A stretch of 64,000 nucleotides of DNA. Source: Anaeromyxobacteraceae bacterium. Lineage in GTDB: Bacteria; Myxococcota; Myxococcia; Myxococcales; Anaeromyxobacteraceae. A program made the position numbers and the translations under genes. The number at the start of each line of letters is the position of its first letter. Position 1 is the stretch's first letter. The notes beneath the pieces are model-generated. The model had not been told where the DNA came from, made no database searches, and saw only the letters and a list, made by a program, of their open reading frames with translations. Positions 1 to 9,916 of this stretch are shown here, in pieces. The stretch is taken from NCBI GenBank assembly GCA_047602405.1, contig JASGHJ010000002.1, forward strand, positions 32,001-96,000, given 5' to 3'.

Positions 1-222
1 ATCGCGCGCGACATCCCCACCGCCGACGAGAGCTTCCTCGTGGTGCGCTTCCGCGACCCGAAGGGCATCGACTTCCCGTACCTGCTCACCATGCTCCACG
101 ACTCCTTCATGTCGCGGCCGAACTCGATCGTGATCCCCGGCGGGAAGATGCCGCTCGCGATGCAGCTCATCTTCACGCCGATGATCCTGCAGCTCGTCGA
201 CCGCAAGCGGAGGGCGGCGTGA
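1..222 (+). CDS. prk: Phosphoribulokinase (proteobacterial type), C-terminal part; 5' end lies outside the window
   Basis: Frame 1 from base 1 reads IARDIPTADESFLVVRFRDPKGIDFPYLLTMLHDSFMSRPNSIVIPGGKMPLAMQLIFTPMI, the characteristic C-terminus of PrkA/CbbP/PrkB; stop TGA at 220-222. Confidence 0.85.
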   Translation: MARDIPTADESFLVVRFRDPKGIDFPYLLTMLHDSFMSRPNSIVIPGGKMPLAMQLIFTPMILQLVDRKRRAA

Positions 223-385
223 GCCGCCCTGCGTCACGTCGCGTGCACCGTGAAGGCGGTACAGCGCTGACGGAGGTGCCTGGATTTCCAGAGGCTTGAC
301 CCTGTGCGCGCGGCGCAATGCCGCACCCCCGCGTCCCTTGTGGCCGCCCGCCCGGCTGGTACGCTCGGTGGACCTGGGGGCTTCC

Positions 386-1331
386 ATGAGAGCGCCGTTC
401 GCCGCCGCGCTGGCCTTCACCCTGGCCTGCGCCACCACACCCGCGACACCGCCGCAGTCCGCGAAGCAGGCGTGGCCCGACGCCCGCCCGGCGCCGCAGC
501 CGGGCGCCTCGGCCACCGCCACGCCCGCCCCGGGCACGGCCCCGGCCGCCGACGGTCGCGCCGCCGCCGCGGCCGCGTCCCAGCGCCGCTTCGACGCGAA
601 CCCGGCCGCGTGGTCGGCGTCGCTGAAGACGCCCGCGGAGTGCGAGGCCGCCGCCCGTCAGAATCCGGGCCCTGGCGCCCGAGTCCGGCTGGCGCGCGCT
701 CCGGACCTGCTCGCAGAAGCCCGAGTTCAAGGTCTTCAAGCGGCTCAACGACGGCTTCTGGGACGCCGACCTCCGCGTGCGCCCCGACGCGCCGCTCGTG
801 CTCGGCGCGGCGCTCGCCTCCCGCGGCGGCGACCTCGGCAACGACCTCGCCTCGCTCCGCAAGCGGAAGATCCCGGTCTTCACGCTCGAGACCGCGACGT
901 CGTACCCCGACGTCTACAAGGGCCGGCAGATCGTCTTCGTCGCGCGGGTCGACACGCTCGAGCCCGACCGCGGCAGCATGCTGGTGACGCTCTCCGAGCA
1001 GGCGCTCATGGCGCGCAGCTCGGGGCAGACGACCGAGTGGAAGGGCGACTCGTACCGCGGCCAGGACTCCCACGGCCGCAACTTCGCGATCGAGAGCAAC
1101 GAGTACGGTCACTACGAGTCGAAGACCCGCTACTCGAACAACCTCGAGGAGACGGGCACGGTCGTGCAGGCGCGGCTCGCGAAGCCCGACCCGTTCTTCG
1201 AGCCCGGCCGCTCGTACCTGATCGTGGCGCGCTTCGGCGGCCTGAAGCAGGCCGAGAACGGGGAGAACGGCTCGCCCGTCGTGACGATCGACGGCTACTA
1301 CGAGCTCGGGACGCACGACCTGCTGGAGTAG
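386..1331 (+). CDS. Hypothetical lipoprotein, apparent +1 frameshift at ~662
   Basis: ATG 386 gives signal peptide with lipobox (MRAPFAAALAFTLAC) and a Pro/Ala linker; deleting one A in GAATC at 661-665 joins it to the 777..1331 frame (..AARQIRALAPESGWRALRTCSQKPEF..). Confidence 0.65.
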
Positions 1332-1359
1332 CGGGCGCTCTCGGCCGGGCGTCGACAAA

Positions 1360-1410
1360 CCGTTCGTCCTGAGCGTAGCCGCCGCGGAGCGGCGGCGGAG
1401 TCGAAGGGCG
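1360..1410 (+). repeat. REP-like palindromic element, copy 1
   Basis: CCGTTCGTCCTGAGCGTA-[GCCGCCGC gga GCGGCGGC hairpin]-GGAGTCGAAGGGCG; same frame recurs elsewhere in the window. Confidence 0.8.
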
Positions 1411-1428
1411 AGGGACGATCCAGGAACG

Positions 1429-1462
1429 ACGACGGGCGCGCCCTCGCGGACGCGCCCGTCGT
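1429..1462. terminator. GC-rich hairpin between convergent genes, probable terminator for rpoZ
   Basis: ACGACGGGCGCG (1429-1440) pairs with CGCGCCCGTCGT (1451-1462); only a weak U-tract. Confidence 0.5.
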
Positions 1463-1481
1463 GCTTTCGAGGACCGAGCGC

Positions 1482-1748
1482 CTAGCGCAGCGTCCGGGTC
1501 TGCCCGGCCGGGAGGTTCGCCTTCTCCTTGTCGAACTTGCCGACGAGGGCGTCGCGGACCGAGCGGTCGAAGCGGACCTTGCCGGTCGCGATCTCGCGCA
1601 GCGAGAGGACCGGCGGCTTGTTCTTGGTGTTCGGCTGCAGTGGGCGCGCGCCGGCCATGAGCTGGCGGGTGCGCTTCGTCGCGAGCAGCACGAGCGCGAA
1701 GCGGTTGTCCACCATGGGCAGGCAGTCTTCGACGGTGACGCGGGCCAT
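1482..1748 (-). CDS. rpoZ: RNA polymerase omega subunit
   Basis: [43 protein letters not shown], typical RpoZ; ATG at 1748. Confidence 0.95.
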   Translation of the reverse strand: MARVTVEDCLPMVDNRFALVLLATKRTRQLMAGARPLQPNTKNKPPVLSLREIATGKVRFDRSVRDALVGKFDKEKANLPAGQTRTLR

Positions 1749-1881
1749 TGAAAGTCCTCTCGAAGTACCCGGGATCACTGGGGACGACGGTCCCGAACCG
1801 ATCCAGGGTTGCGGAACATAAGGGGAAAGGGGCGGGAGGTCAACCGGGGCGGCGCGGGCCCGCCTCGAGGCAGGTCCCACT

Positions 1882-1931
1882 CCTGTCAGCCCCGAGCGTA
1901 GCCCGGCGCCGGCGGGCGGAGACGAGGGGCG
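1882..1931 (+). repeat. REP-like element, copy 2 (imperfect hairpin)
   Basis: CCTGTCAGCCCCGAGCGTAG-cccggcgccggcggg-CGGAGACGAGGGGCG. Confidence 0.65.
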
Positions 1932-1971
1932 GCTCGGGCCGGCACGGGCTCCCGAGCCAGGCGGTCGCCTT

Positions 1972-2125
1972 GTTCCCGCTCATCCTGAGGCCGGGCGGTC
2001 CGCTCGTTCCCGCTCATCCTGGGCCGGGCGGTCCGCTCGTTCCCGCTCATCCTGAGGCCGGGCGGTCCGCTCGTTCCCGCTCATCCTGAGCGTAGGCCTG
2101 CCGGAGGCAGGCCGGAGTCGAAGGA
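1972..2125 (+). repeat. Three 33-34 bp tandem repeats running into REP-like copy 3
   Basis: Unit GTTCCCGCTCATCCTG(A)GGCCGGGCGGTCCGCTC at 1972, 2006, 2039, then GTTCCCGCTCATCCTGAGCGTAGGCCTGCC-gga-GGCAGGCCGGAGTCGAAGGA to 2125. Confidence 0.85.
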
Positions 2126-2368
2126 TGCGCCCCCTCTCGGTGTGGGGATCCGCGGCGGGCGCATGGCGGGGTCGAGGGTCGCGACCGCACCACGGTGAGG
2201 CAGTTGTGAGGGGGAAGGGTCGGCTGGGTTGCCGCGTGGGCGGCGGTCGCGCCAGGCGAGCAGTGACTGTGGGTGAACCCATCAGGGACGCGCACGCCGA
2301 TGGACAAGTTCACCTCGCGTGTTATGGTTCTGAACGGGCGTTCACGTCCCGGCTGAGCGAGGTGAGCC

Positions 2369-3640
2369 ATGCGGAATCCGAAGATGATGAAGCTGCACGA
2401 GGAGATCGGAACGCTGATCGACGGGGAGCGGCACCGGCTCGTCGAGCTCCTGCGGAAGCTCGACGTCCTCGACCGGGAGCGGGGCTACTGCGAGTTCAAC
2501 TGCGGCTCGACGTGGGAGTACCTGACGAAGGTGTGGCACCTCTGCGAGGGGACGGCCTCGGGGCGGACCACCTCGATGCGGCTCCTCCGGCGGTTCCCAC
2601 GGCTCGAGGCGGAGCTCGCGAGCGGACGGCTGAATCCCACCCAGCTCCTCGTGCTCGCGTCGGTGCTGACGCCCGACAACTTCGATGAGCTCGTCTCGAA
2701 GTCGGCCTGGCTCTCGAAGCGGAAGACGCTGGAGCTCGTGGTCGCCGTCAAGCCGCGGGATGTGCCCGCGGATGGGATCCGGAAGCTGCCGCGGGTCGCG
2801 GTCATCGAGCCGGCGCTGATCGCGGCCGCAGTTCCGCATACGGCCATCATCACCGCGAGGACGACCGTACCCGTTCAGGTGAATTCACAATGTCCGGACA
2901 TTGTAAACTTCGCGAACGAAGTCGCGCCGGCCCTTTCGCTCACCGCACCCGAGGCCACGGCTCCGGTCGCTCCGCCTCGCCTCGCTGCCGCGCGTCTTCC
3001 CGACCGCGGCGAGGTCGTGCCGGTCGCGAAGGACGAGTTCCAGCTCCGGGCGCACATGGACGAGGAGACGAACCGGCTGTTCGAAGAGCTCGCGGGGCTG
3101 CTCGCGAACGTCGTGCCGGACCGCGCGCCGGCGAAGCTCCTCGCGATCATGGTCCGGGACTCGCTCGAGGCACAGAAGCGGAAGCGCGGGCTGCTGAAGC
3201 CGATGCGTCCACGGAAGGCGGCGCCGGCGAAGGAGCCGACGCCGGGGATCCGGCAGCCGGTCGCGGCGGAGGTGCGGCGGGCGGTGCTCGAGCGGGATGG
3301 GTACCGGTGCAGGTTCGGGGAGGAGGAGGGGCATCGCTGCGAGGCCACCGACAATCTGACGATGGAGCACAAGGACGGGGCGCTCGTGACGGGGTCGTCC
3401 ACCGTCGATGAGCTCCTCACCTACTGCTTCCCGCACAACCTCTACGCGGCGTTCCTCAAGTTCGGGCCGGAGTTCATGCTGCGGAAGATCGAGGAGGCGC
3501 GGGCGGAGCGGGCAGCGAAGGGAGGGGGCGCGTTCGAGGCCCCGGCGAGCGACGACGCGCCTCGGGATCCGGTCGCAGGGGAGGAGGTCGCGGAGTATGG
3601 CTCCATCGGCTGCGGGCGTATCTGGAAGACCGCGGCCTGA
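2369..3640 (+). CDS. DUF222-like protein with C-terminal HNH-endonuclease-like domain
   Basis: N-terminal YLTKVWHLCEGTASGR..FPRL..LASGRL helical region; C-terminal VRRAVLERDGYRC..C..LTMEH..LTYCFPHN zinc/HNH-like signature. Confidence 0.7.
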   Translation: MRNPKMMKLHEEIGTLIDGERHRLVELLRKLDVLDRERGYCEFNCGSTWEYLTKVWHLCEGTASGRTTSMRLLRRFPRLEAELASGRLNPTQLLVLASVLTPDNFDELVSKSAWLSKRKTLELVVAVKPRDVPADGIRKLPRVAVIEPALIAAAVPHTAIITARTTVPVQVNSQCPDIVNFANEVAPALSLTAPEATAPVAPPRLAAARLPDRGEVVPVAKDEFQLRAHMDEETNRLFEELAGLLANVVPDRAPAKLLAIMVRDSLEAQKRKRGLLKPMRPRKAAPAKEPTPGIRQPVAAEVRRAVLERDGYRCRFGEEEGHRCEATDNLTMEHKDGALVTGSSTVDELLTYCFPHNLYAAFLKFGPEFMLRKIEEARAERAAKGGGAFEAPASDDAPRDPVAGEEVAEYGSIGCGRIWKTAA

Positions 3641-3652
3641 CGGCCGCGGTGC

Positions 3653-5020
3653 TCAGTTCGACGGCTCCAGCGCCTCCGGCTTCGTCGCGAGGCCGGTGAG
3701 CTTGTCGGCGGCGATCGCGAAGACGCGGCCGGCGGCGCCCTGCAGCAGCACCTCGCCGGCCTTCGGCTTGCCGATGGCGACGCGGCCGAGCTCGGCGTTC
3801 GAGGCGTCGTGGAGGACGTAGGTGATGGCGACGGGGCCGGGGCTCTTCGCGGCGTCGACGATGCGGTCGGCCTCGAGCGCGGCGAGGGACCAGGCGAGGC
3901 TCTGGGCCTTCCAGGCGTCGAGGGGGCGCGTGGTGGGGGACGTGAGGGTCCAGAGGTCGGGCAGGCCGTGGCCGGCGGGCTTGCGGCCGAGGGTGAAGGG
4001 CGGGGCGCCGTGCGGCTCGACGCGCACCGAGGCGATCTTCTCGCGGTCGACGCCGGGCAGGACGCGGCGGTCGCGGAGCGGGGTCGCGCCGTCCGCCAGC
4101 GCGGCCAGCGCGGTTGCGGGGACGCGCGCGAGCGACCGCTCCTCCGAGCTCGCGACGAGGAGCGGACCGTCGGGGTCGGCGGGGGACTTCCAGGCGCGCA
4201 GGCGCTGCTCGGCGCCGGTGCGGAGCTTCACCGTCGCCTCGTACAGCGGCTTCGTCGCCGGTGGCGTCCCGTCCTCGAACGCGGTGGCGCGCAGGTCGCG
4301 GAGCGCGGCGACGAGGTCCTCGGCGTGGCGGGCGTCGGCGGGCTCCTTCACGGGGGCGGTGAGGCGCCAGGCAACTTCGGCGCCGGACGGCGCCTGCGCG
4401 AGCGCCACCATCCCCGCGGGCGAGGTGACCTCGACGGCGGCGACGCCGGCGGGCTCGAAGCGCAGGAGCCGGCGCTCGCGGAGCTCGAAGGCGTTCTTCT
4501 CGAGGTCGAGGCGCTGGCGGCCGTCCACGACGAAGACCTCGCCGCTCGCGGGCTGCACGAACATGGTGCCGTCGAAGCGGTTGTCGCCGCCGATCGCGAC
4601 CGAGATCGTCTTCCCGTCCGCGAGGCCGACCTCGAAGCGAGCGGTGGGCGCGTCGAGGCCGTAGTCGGCGAGCGCCGCGGCGGAGAGCCCGGCGGCCGCG
4701 CTCTGGGCGCGCCGCTCCAGCCCGGCGAGCCGCGAGAGGAGCGCCTCGACCTCCCTCGCGTCCGCGGCCGCCTGCACGGGGGCCGTCATCCGCCACGCGC
4801 CGCCGGCCTGCTTCTCGAGGCGCACGTCCTCGTCCTTCGCGCGGACGCGCAGGCTCACCGCCCGGGCCGGCTCGAACGCGAGGAAGCGCTTCGCGCGCGC
4901 GGCGGCCTCCTTCTCGGCGGGCTCCCGCCGCGCGAAGAACCAGTACCCGACGCCGCCCGCGCCGGCGGTGACCGCGACGAGGAGCAGCGAGGCGAGGGCG
5001 AGGCGCGAGCGGGCGTTCAC
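3653..5020 (-). CDS. DUF4340-domain protein, fourth gene of Gld-type ABC operon
   Basis: N-terminal TM helix, repeated WR(M/L)TAPV..AD and LADYGLDAP motifs; position downstream of GldA/F/G-like genes. Confidence 0.75.
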   Translation of the reverse strand: MNARSRLALASLLLVAVTAGAGGVGYWFFARREPAEKEAAARAKRFLAFEPARAVSLRVRAKDEDVRLEKQAGGAWRMTAPVQAAADAREVEALLSRLAGLERRAQSAAAGLSAAALADYGLDAPTARFEVGLADGKTISVAIGGDNRFDGTMFVQPASGEVFVVDGRQRLDLEKNAFELRERRLLRFEPAGVAAVEVTSPAGMVALAQAPSGAEVAWRLTAPVKEPADARHAEDLVAALRDLRATAFEDGTPPATKPLYEATVKLRTGAEQRLRAWKSPADPDGPLLVASSEERSLARVPATALAALADGATPLRDRRVLPGVDREKIASVRVEPHGAPPFTLGRKPAGHGLPDLWTLTSPTTRPLDAWKAQSLAWSLAALEADRIVDAAKSPGPVAITYVLHDASNAELGRVAIGKPKAGEVLLQGAAGRVFAIAADKLTGLATKPEALEPSN

Positions 5021-5066
5021 GGTCGGAGGCTCCAGGCGCGAGCGGACGGCAAGGGTAGGTTGCTCC

Positions 5067-6653
5067 TCAGCGCGACCGGCGCAGCTGCCAGATCACGAGC
5101 CCGAGCCCGAGCAGCGCCACGGGCAGGGCGTCGAGGGTGACGAAGCGGACGGCGGCGAGCTGGCCCGCGGAGAGCACGAGCCGCGTGCCCTCCCGGCCCT
5201 TCGGCCGGATGACGATGCGGTCGGCCTGCTCGCCGAGCCAGGCGACGCCGTTCAGGAAGAAGTCGAGGTTGCCGAGGACCTGGGCGTAGCGGTCGTCCAT
5301 GAACTCGGCGTCCCCTGCCACCACCAGGCGGCCTTCGGGGCCGCTCGCGCCCGGTTGCGCTCCTCCGGCCTGCGCCGCCGCGCCGCCCGCGGCCGGCGCG
5401 CGGCGGTAGGCCGCCATCGCCATCGGCAACGGCCCGCTTCTCTCGCCATCCCCGAGCTGCGCCTGCCCGGTCCTGTCGAGCCCCTCGAGGTCGGTCTCCC
5501 CCCACGCCTCGCGGGTCGAGAGCACGAGCGGCTGCGCCCGGGGCACGCCGGGCGCCGTGTTGAGCGCGACGAGCGAGCGCGCGGTCGGGAAGACCACGTT
5601 GAGCTGCCCCATCCGCTCCGAGATCGGGTGCCCCGGCGCGGGCACGCCGACCGGGTTCGCGGGCGACCCTCCGAAGAGCTGCGAGGCCTGGCCCGGGTCG
5701 AGGACGACGTCGTCGTCGGCCTCCACGCCGAACGCCGCGAGCAGCCCGTCGAGCCCGGCGTCCACGCCCGGCTCGAGGTAGACGCCGAGCTTCCCACCGC
5801 GGTCGGCGTAGGCGAGGAGCGCCTTCAGCTCCGGCTCGAGCACCTTCTTGCGCGGGCCGATCACGAGCACCGCGTTCGCGTCGGCGGGCACGTCCTTCTG
5901 CTCGAGGAGCGACAGCGGCTCCACCGTGAACCCGTCGCGGCGCATGCCCTCGGCCGCCCCGGAGATCGCGCGGTCGCTGCCGGGCTTCAGGCCGGGCTCG
6001 CCGTGCCCCTGCAGCACGTAGACCTTCTTCGCGGCGCCGCGGGTGAGCTCGACGAGCCCGTTCGTCAGCGCCTCCTCGGTGGGCGCGCCGACGCGGACCT
6101 TCCGCTCGCCGCCGACGAGCACGATGCGCGGGCCGCCGTCGGTGATCTCGTGGCGCTTCACGAGCTCGGGCGCGGCGTAGGGGTCGACGACGCGGAACGT
6201 GAAGCGGCGCGAGAGGTCGGCGTACCGCCGGAGCAGCGTGCGGGCGGGCTCCACGTCCTGCTCGTCGGCCCGGTAGAAGGCGAGCGCCTCGACGTCGGTG
6301 GAGAGGCCGGCGAGCGTGCGGCGGGTGTCGTCGGAGAGCGTGTAGAGCCGGTCCTTCGTGAGGTCGAGCGTGACCGGGTGGGTGGTCGCGGCCCAGTTCG
6401 CGCCGGCGAGCAGCGCCGCGAGCGCGAGGCCGGCCACCGTGGTGAAGCCGCCGAAGGTGGTGCCGCGGCCGGTGAAGAAGCGGCGCGCGCCGCCGGCGCC
6501 GGCGAGCGCGAGGGCGCCCCCGAGCGCGAGCGCGGCGAGGAGGAGCTTCCCCGCGAGCAGGCCGCCGCCGCCGAGGAGCCAGGTGACGGGGGCGCTCGCG
6601 GCGAGGAGGAGGCCCAGCGTGGCGAGGACGCGGGCGAGGGCGGTGCGGGACAT
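5067..6653 (-). CDS. GldG-family ABC transporter auxiliary component
   Basis: Start MSRTALARV at 6653; LDLTKDRLYTLSDDT, KVYVLQGHGE, GRLVVAGDAEF, NLDFFLNGVAWL motifs; C-terminal TM helix. Confidence 0.85.
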   Translation of the reverse strand: MSRTALARVLATLGLLLAASAPVTWLLGGGGLLAGKLLLAALALGGALALAGAGGARRFFTGRGTTFGGFTTVAGLALAALLAGANWAATTHPVTLDLTKDRLYTLSDDTRRTLAGLSTDVEALAFYRADEQDVEPARTLLRRYADLSRRFTFRVVDPYAAPELVKRHEITDGGPRIVLVGGERKVRVGAPTEEALTNGLVELTRGAAKKVYVLQGHGEPGLKPGSDRAISGAAEGMRRDGFTVEPLSLLEQKDVPADANAVLVIGPRKKVLEPELKALLAYADRGGKLGVYLEPGVDAGLDGLLAAFGVEADDDVVLDPGQASQLFGGSPANPVGVPAPGHPISERMGQLNVVFPTARSLVALNTAPGVPRAQPLVLSTREAWGETDLEGLDRTGQAQLGDGERSGPLPMAMAAYRRAPAAGGAAAQAGGAQPGASGPEGRLVVAGDAEFMDDRYAQVLGNLDFFLNGVAWLGEQADRIVIRPKGREGTRLVLSAGQLAAVRFVTLDALPVALLGLGLVIWQLRRSR

Positions 6654-6667
6654 GGTCGGCCTCACCC

Positions 6668-7459
6668 TCACGCCCAGCGGTGGGCCTCCACCGACCGCTC
6701 GGCGAGGAAGAGCGCGAGCGCGGTGAAGGACAGGTAGTAGGTGACGTCGGCGAGGGCGATGCGCCCCTCGAGGAAGCCGGAGAGGCGCTGCGAGGACGAG
6801 AGCGCGGCCGCGAGCTCCCGGCCCGGCCCCTCGACGCCGATGGCGAAGAGCGAGATTGCCCAGAGCGCGAGGAGGAGCACGAGCGAGAGGAGCGCCGAGA
6901 CGATCACCGACTCGGTCACCGACGAGAAGAAGAGCCCGACCGCGGTCGACATCATCCCGAGGAGCAGGAGCCCGAGGAGCCCGGTGCCCACGGTCTGCCA
7001 CTCGACGCCCGCGCCGCCGGAGGGGCCGCGCCCGGCGATCGCGAGCACGGCCGGGAAGACCGCGATGACGAGGAGCGCCGCCGCGACGACGGCCAGCACG
7101 GCGAGCCACTTCCCGAGCACGATCGACACCGGGCGCACCGGGGAGGTGAGGAGGAGCTCGAGCGTGCCGGTGCGCTTCTCCTCGGCGACGAGCCGCATGG
7201 TGAGGAACGGGGCGACGATGACGAGGAAGATGGCGACGGAGCCGAGCGTGGGCACGACCACGCGGTCGGTGAGGTTGAGCTGGTCGGCGGCCTCGGGCGC
7301 GAAGGTCGCGGCGCGGAGCGCGAGGAACCGGAACGCGTCGAGCGCGCCGTTCGCGAACTGCGCGGCGAAGAACGCCACCACCGCGAGCATCACGTAGGCG
7401 GTGGGGGTGGTGAAGTGGACCTCGAGCTCCTTGCGGGCAATGGCGAGGGTCGCGCGCAT
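6668..7459 (-). CDS. GldF-like ABC-2 permease
   Basis: IARKEL..FTTPTAY, LTMRLVAEEKRTGTLELLLTSPV, IVLGKW motifs; multiple TM segments. Confidence 0.9.
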   Translation of the reverse strand: MRATLAIARKELEVHFTTPTAYVMLAVVAFFAAQFANGALDAFRFLALRAATFAPEAADQLNLTDRVVVPTLGSVAIFLVIVAPFLTMRLVAEEKRTGTLELLLTSPVRPVSIVLGKWLAVLAVVAAALLVIAVFPAVLAIAGRGPSGGAGVEWQTVGTGLLGLLLLGMMSTAVGLFFSSVTESVIVSALLSLVLLLALWAISLFAIGVEGPGRELAAALSSSQRLSGFLEGRIALADVTYYLSFTALALFLAERSVEAHRWA

Positions 7460-7460
7460 G

Positions 7461-8247
7461 TCAGGGCTGGCCTTCGATGGGGAGGGGACCCGTGGCGCTT
7501 CGCGCCACGGGTGCGAGGAGCTTCGCGTAGATGTCCTCGAGGAAGGCGAGGTCGTCGAGCGTCACCGCCCGGCCGGGCTGGTGCTTCGCGATGAGCCCCT
7601 CGAGCGTGTCGAAGTCGACGAGCCGGCCGCGGTCGATGACGAGCACCTTGTGGCAGGCGAGGGCGACCTCCGAGAGGATGTGCGTCGAGAGGAGCACGGT
7701 GTGCTCGCCCGCGAGCCCCTTCACGAGCGCGCGCACCTCGCGGATTCTGGAGCGGGTCGAGGCCGACGGTCGGCTCGTCGAGCACCAGCACCGGCGGATC
7801 GCCGAGGAGCGCCTGCGCGAGGCCGCAGCGCTGCCGGTAGCCCTTCGAGAGGTTCGCGATGGGGCGGCCCAGCGCCGCCGTGAGCCCCGTGCGCTCCGCG
7901 ACCCGCTCGACCTCGGCGGCGACCCCGCGGCGCCCGACGCCCTTCAGCTCCGCGCAGAACCTGAGGTAGCTCCGCAACGAGAGGTCCGGGTAGACGGGCG
8001 GCGTCTCGGGCAGGTAGCCGACCCGGCGCTTCACCTCGAGCGGCTGCTCGAAGACGTCGAAGCCGGCCACGCGGGCCGTGCCGGCGCTCGCGGGCAGGTA
8101 GCCGGTCAGCATGCGCATCGTGGAGGACTTCCCGGCGCCGTTCGGGCCGAGGAAGCCGACGATCTCGCCCTTCGCGACGGCGAAGGAGAGCCGGTCGACC
8201 GCCACGACGTCGCGGTACCGGCGGGTGAGCTCCGTGGCCTCGATCAT
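7461..8247 (-). CDS. GldA-like ABC transporter ATP-binding protein, apparent +1 frameshift at ~7745
   Basis: Walker A GPNGAGKS, signature LSKGYRQR, Walker B LVLDEPT; removing one base at 7743-7747 restores LDPLQIREVRALVKGLAGEHTVLLSTH. Confidence 0.9.
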
Positions 8248-8333
8248 GGGTGGCCTGAGCCTAGGAGCGCTCCGCCCGCTGTCAAGGAGCGGGAGCTTGA
8301 TGGGGGGACCCTCCGGGGAGAGACTCCCCGCCC

Positions 8334-9491
8334 ATGAGCGTGGTGGTCCAGAAGTACGGCGGCTCCTCGGTCGCCGACGTCGAGAAGATCGGGCGGGTGG
8401 CCGACAAGGTCGCGGCCGCGCGCCGCGAGGGGCGGGACGTCTGCGTGGTGGTGAGCGCCATGGGCGACACCACCGACGAGCTGCTCCAGCTGGCGAAGAA
8501 GGTGTCGCTCGCGCCGCCCCGGCGCGAGCTCGACATGCTCCTCTCGGCGGGCGAGCGCATCTCGATGGCGCTCCTCTCGATGGCGCTGCAGGAGCGCGGC
8601 GTCGCCGCGATCAGCTTCACCGGCAGCCAGTCGGGCATCATCACCTCCGACGCCCACGCCGCCGCGCGCATCCTCGAGGTGCGGCCGTTCCGCGTGCAGG
8701 AGGAGCTCGGGCGCGGGAAGGTGGTCATCGTCGCCGGCTACCAGGGCGTCTCCACGAAGAAGGAGGTCACCACCCTCGGCCGCGGCGGATCGGACACGAC
8801 CGCGGTGGCGCTCGCGGCGGCGCTCGGCGGCGACTGCGAGATCTACTCCGACGTGGCGGGCGTGTTCACCGCCGACCCGCGCGTCGTCCCCGACGCCCGG
8901 CGGCTCGACGCGCTCTCCTACGACGAGATGCAGGAGCTCGCCGCGGCCGGCGCGAAGGTGCTGAACGCCCAGGCGGTCGAGTTCGCGAAGGAGCGCGGCA
9001 TCGCCATCCACGCCCGCTCGACCTTCGGCGGCGCGGAGGAGACGGTGGTGAAGGGCGGCGCGTTCCCGGAGCGCATCGCCGGCGTCGCCACGCAGCGGGA
9101 GCTCGCGCTCGTCGAGCTGCCGCAGGCCGCGCTCGGCGAGGTCCTCGCGATCCTGGAGAAGCGCGGCGCGATCGCCGCGGAGATCGCGAGCCCGGGCGTG
9201 CGGGCGGGGCTCGTGCTCCAGCTCGAGAACGTGCACGACTGGCCGCTGCTCAAGGCGGCGCTCGCCGCGATCCCCGGCGTCGCGGTCGAGGACGAGCGCA
9301 TCGGCTCGGTCTCGGTCGTCGGCACCGGGCTCTCCGCGGGCCACCGCGTGGTCCGCGAGGTGACCGCGGTGCTCGAAGGGCTCGGCGCTCCGCCGCGCGC
9401 GGTCTTCACCTCCGCGCTGCGCGTGACGGCCTACGCGAAGGCCGCCGCGGTGGCGGACGCCGCGCGCGAGCTGCACCGGCGGCTCGCCTGA
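8334..9491 (+). CDS. lysC: Aspartate kinase
   Basis: [41 protein letters not shown] motifs. Confidence 0.95.
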   Translation: MSVVVQKYGGSSVADVEKIGRVADKVAAARREGRDVCVVVSAMGDTTDELLQLAKKVSLAPPRRELDMLLSAGERISMALLSMALQERGVAAISFTGSQSGIITSDAHAAARILEVRPFRVQEELGRGKVVIVAGYQGVSTKKEVTTLGRGGSDTTAVALAAALGGDCEIYSDVAGVFTADPRVVPDARRLDALSYDEMQELAAAGAKVLNAQAVEFAKERGIAIHARSTFGGAEETVVKGGAFPERIAGVATQRELALVELPQAALGEVLAILEKRGAIAAEIASPGVRAGLVLQLENVHDWPLLKAALAAIPGVAVEDERIGSVSVVGTGLSAGHRVVREVTAVLEGLGAPPRAVFTSALRVTAYAKAAAVADAARELHRRLA

Positions 9492-9667
9492 GCGGGACGA
9501 TGGGGCGCACGGGATGGGACATCCCGCGTGCCCATGACGTTCACTCGCACCCCGGGGGTCCGCGCGCACCGGCACGCCGCGTGAGGGCGCCCCGCGCGAG
9601 GCGGGCGTAACTCCTGAGGCACTCGACCGCATGGCGCCCGGCGCATCGCGTGCAACGATCGGCGGGC

Positions 9668-9790
9668 ATGCGCACCCCGATCCCCGTCGACACCGGCCAC
9701 AGGGCCTCCCTCGTCATGGGCGAGGGCGGGCGCTCGGCGTGGTGGGCGTTCGCGCTCGCGGTGGCGATCCTGGCGGCGCTGGCCGCGTGA
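9668..9790 (+). CDS. Putative 40-aa small membrane protein (below ORF-track cut-off)
   Basis: ATG 9668 to TGA 9790: MRTPIPVDTGHRASLVMGEGGRSAWWAFALAVAILAALAA; strong GC3 bias; hydrophobic C-terminal helix. Confidence 0.45.
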   Translation: MRTPIPVDTGHRASLVMGEGGRSAWWAFALAVAILAALAA

Positions 9791-9791
9791 G

Positions 9792-9900
9792 CGTCCCTCG
9801 TCTCCGGGCCCGCTGACGCGGGCCCTACGCTCGGGACGAACGGAAGTAGGACCGGTGGGCCGAAGGTCGAGGGAAGTAGGACCGGTGGGCCGAAGGTCGA
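9792..9900 (-). repeat. REP-like copy 4 (reverse) with adjacent 30-bp direct duplication
   Basis: CGTCCCTCGTCTCC-GGGCCCGC tgac GCGGGCCC-TACGCTCGGGACGAACGG followed by GGAAGTAGGACCGGTGGGCCGAAGGTCGA twice (9842, 9872). Confidence 0.8.
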
Positions 9901-9916
9901 GGCAGGAAGACCGGAC

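Noticed and set aside
1972..2090. Possible CRISPR array, or att copy of the tRNA-Gly 3' end (TTCCCGCTC shared)
   Set aside because: No unique spacers; the match to the tRNA end is only ~9 bp in GC-rich DNA and is part of the REP arm
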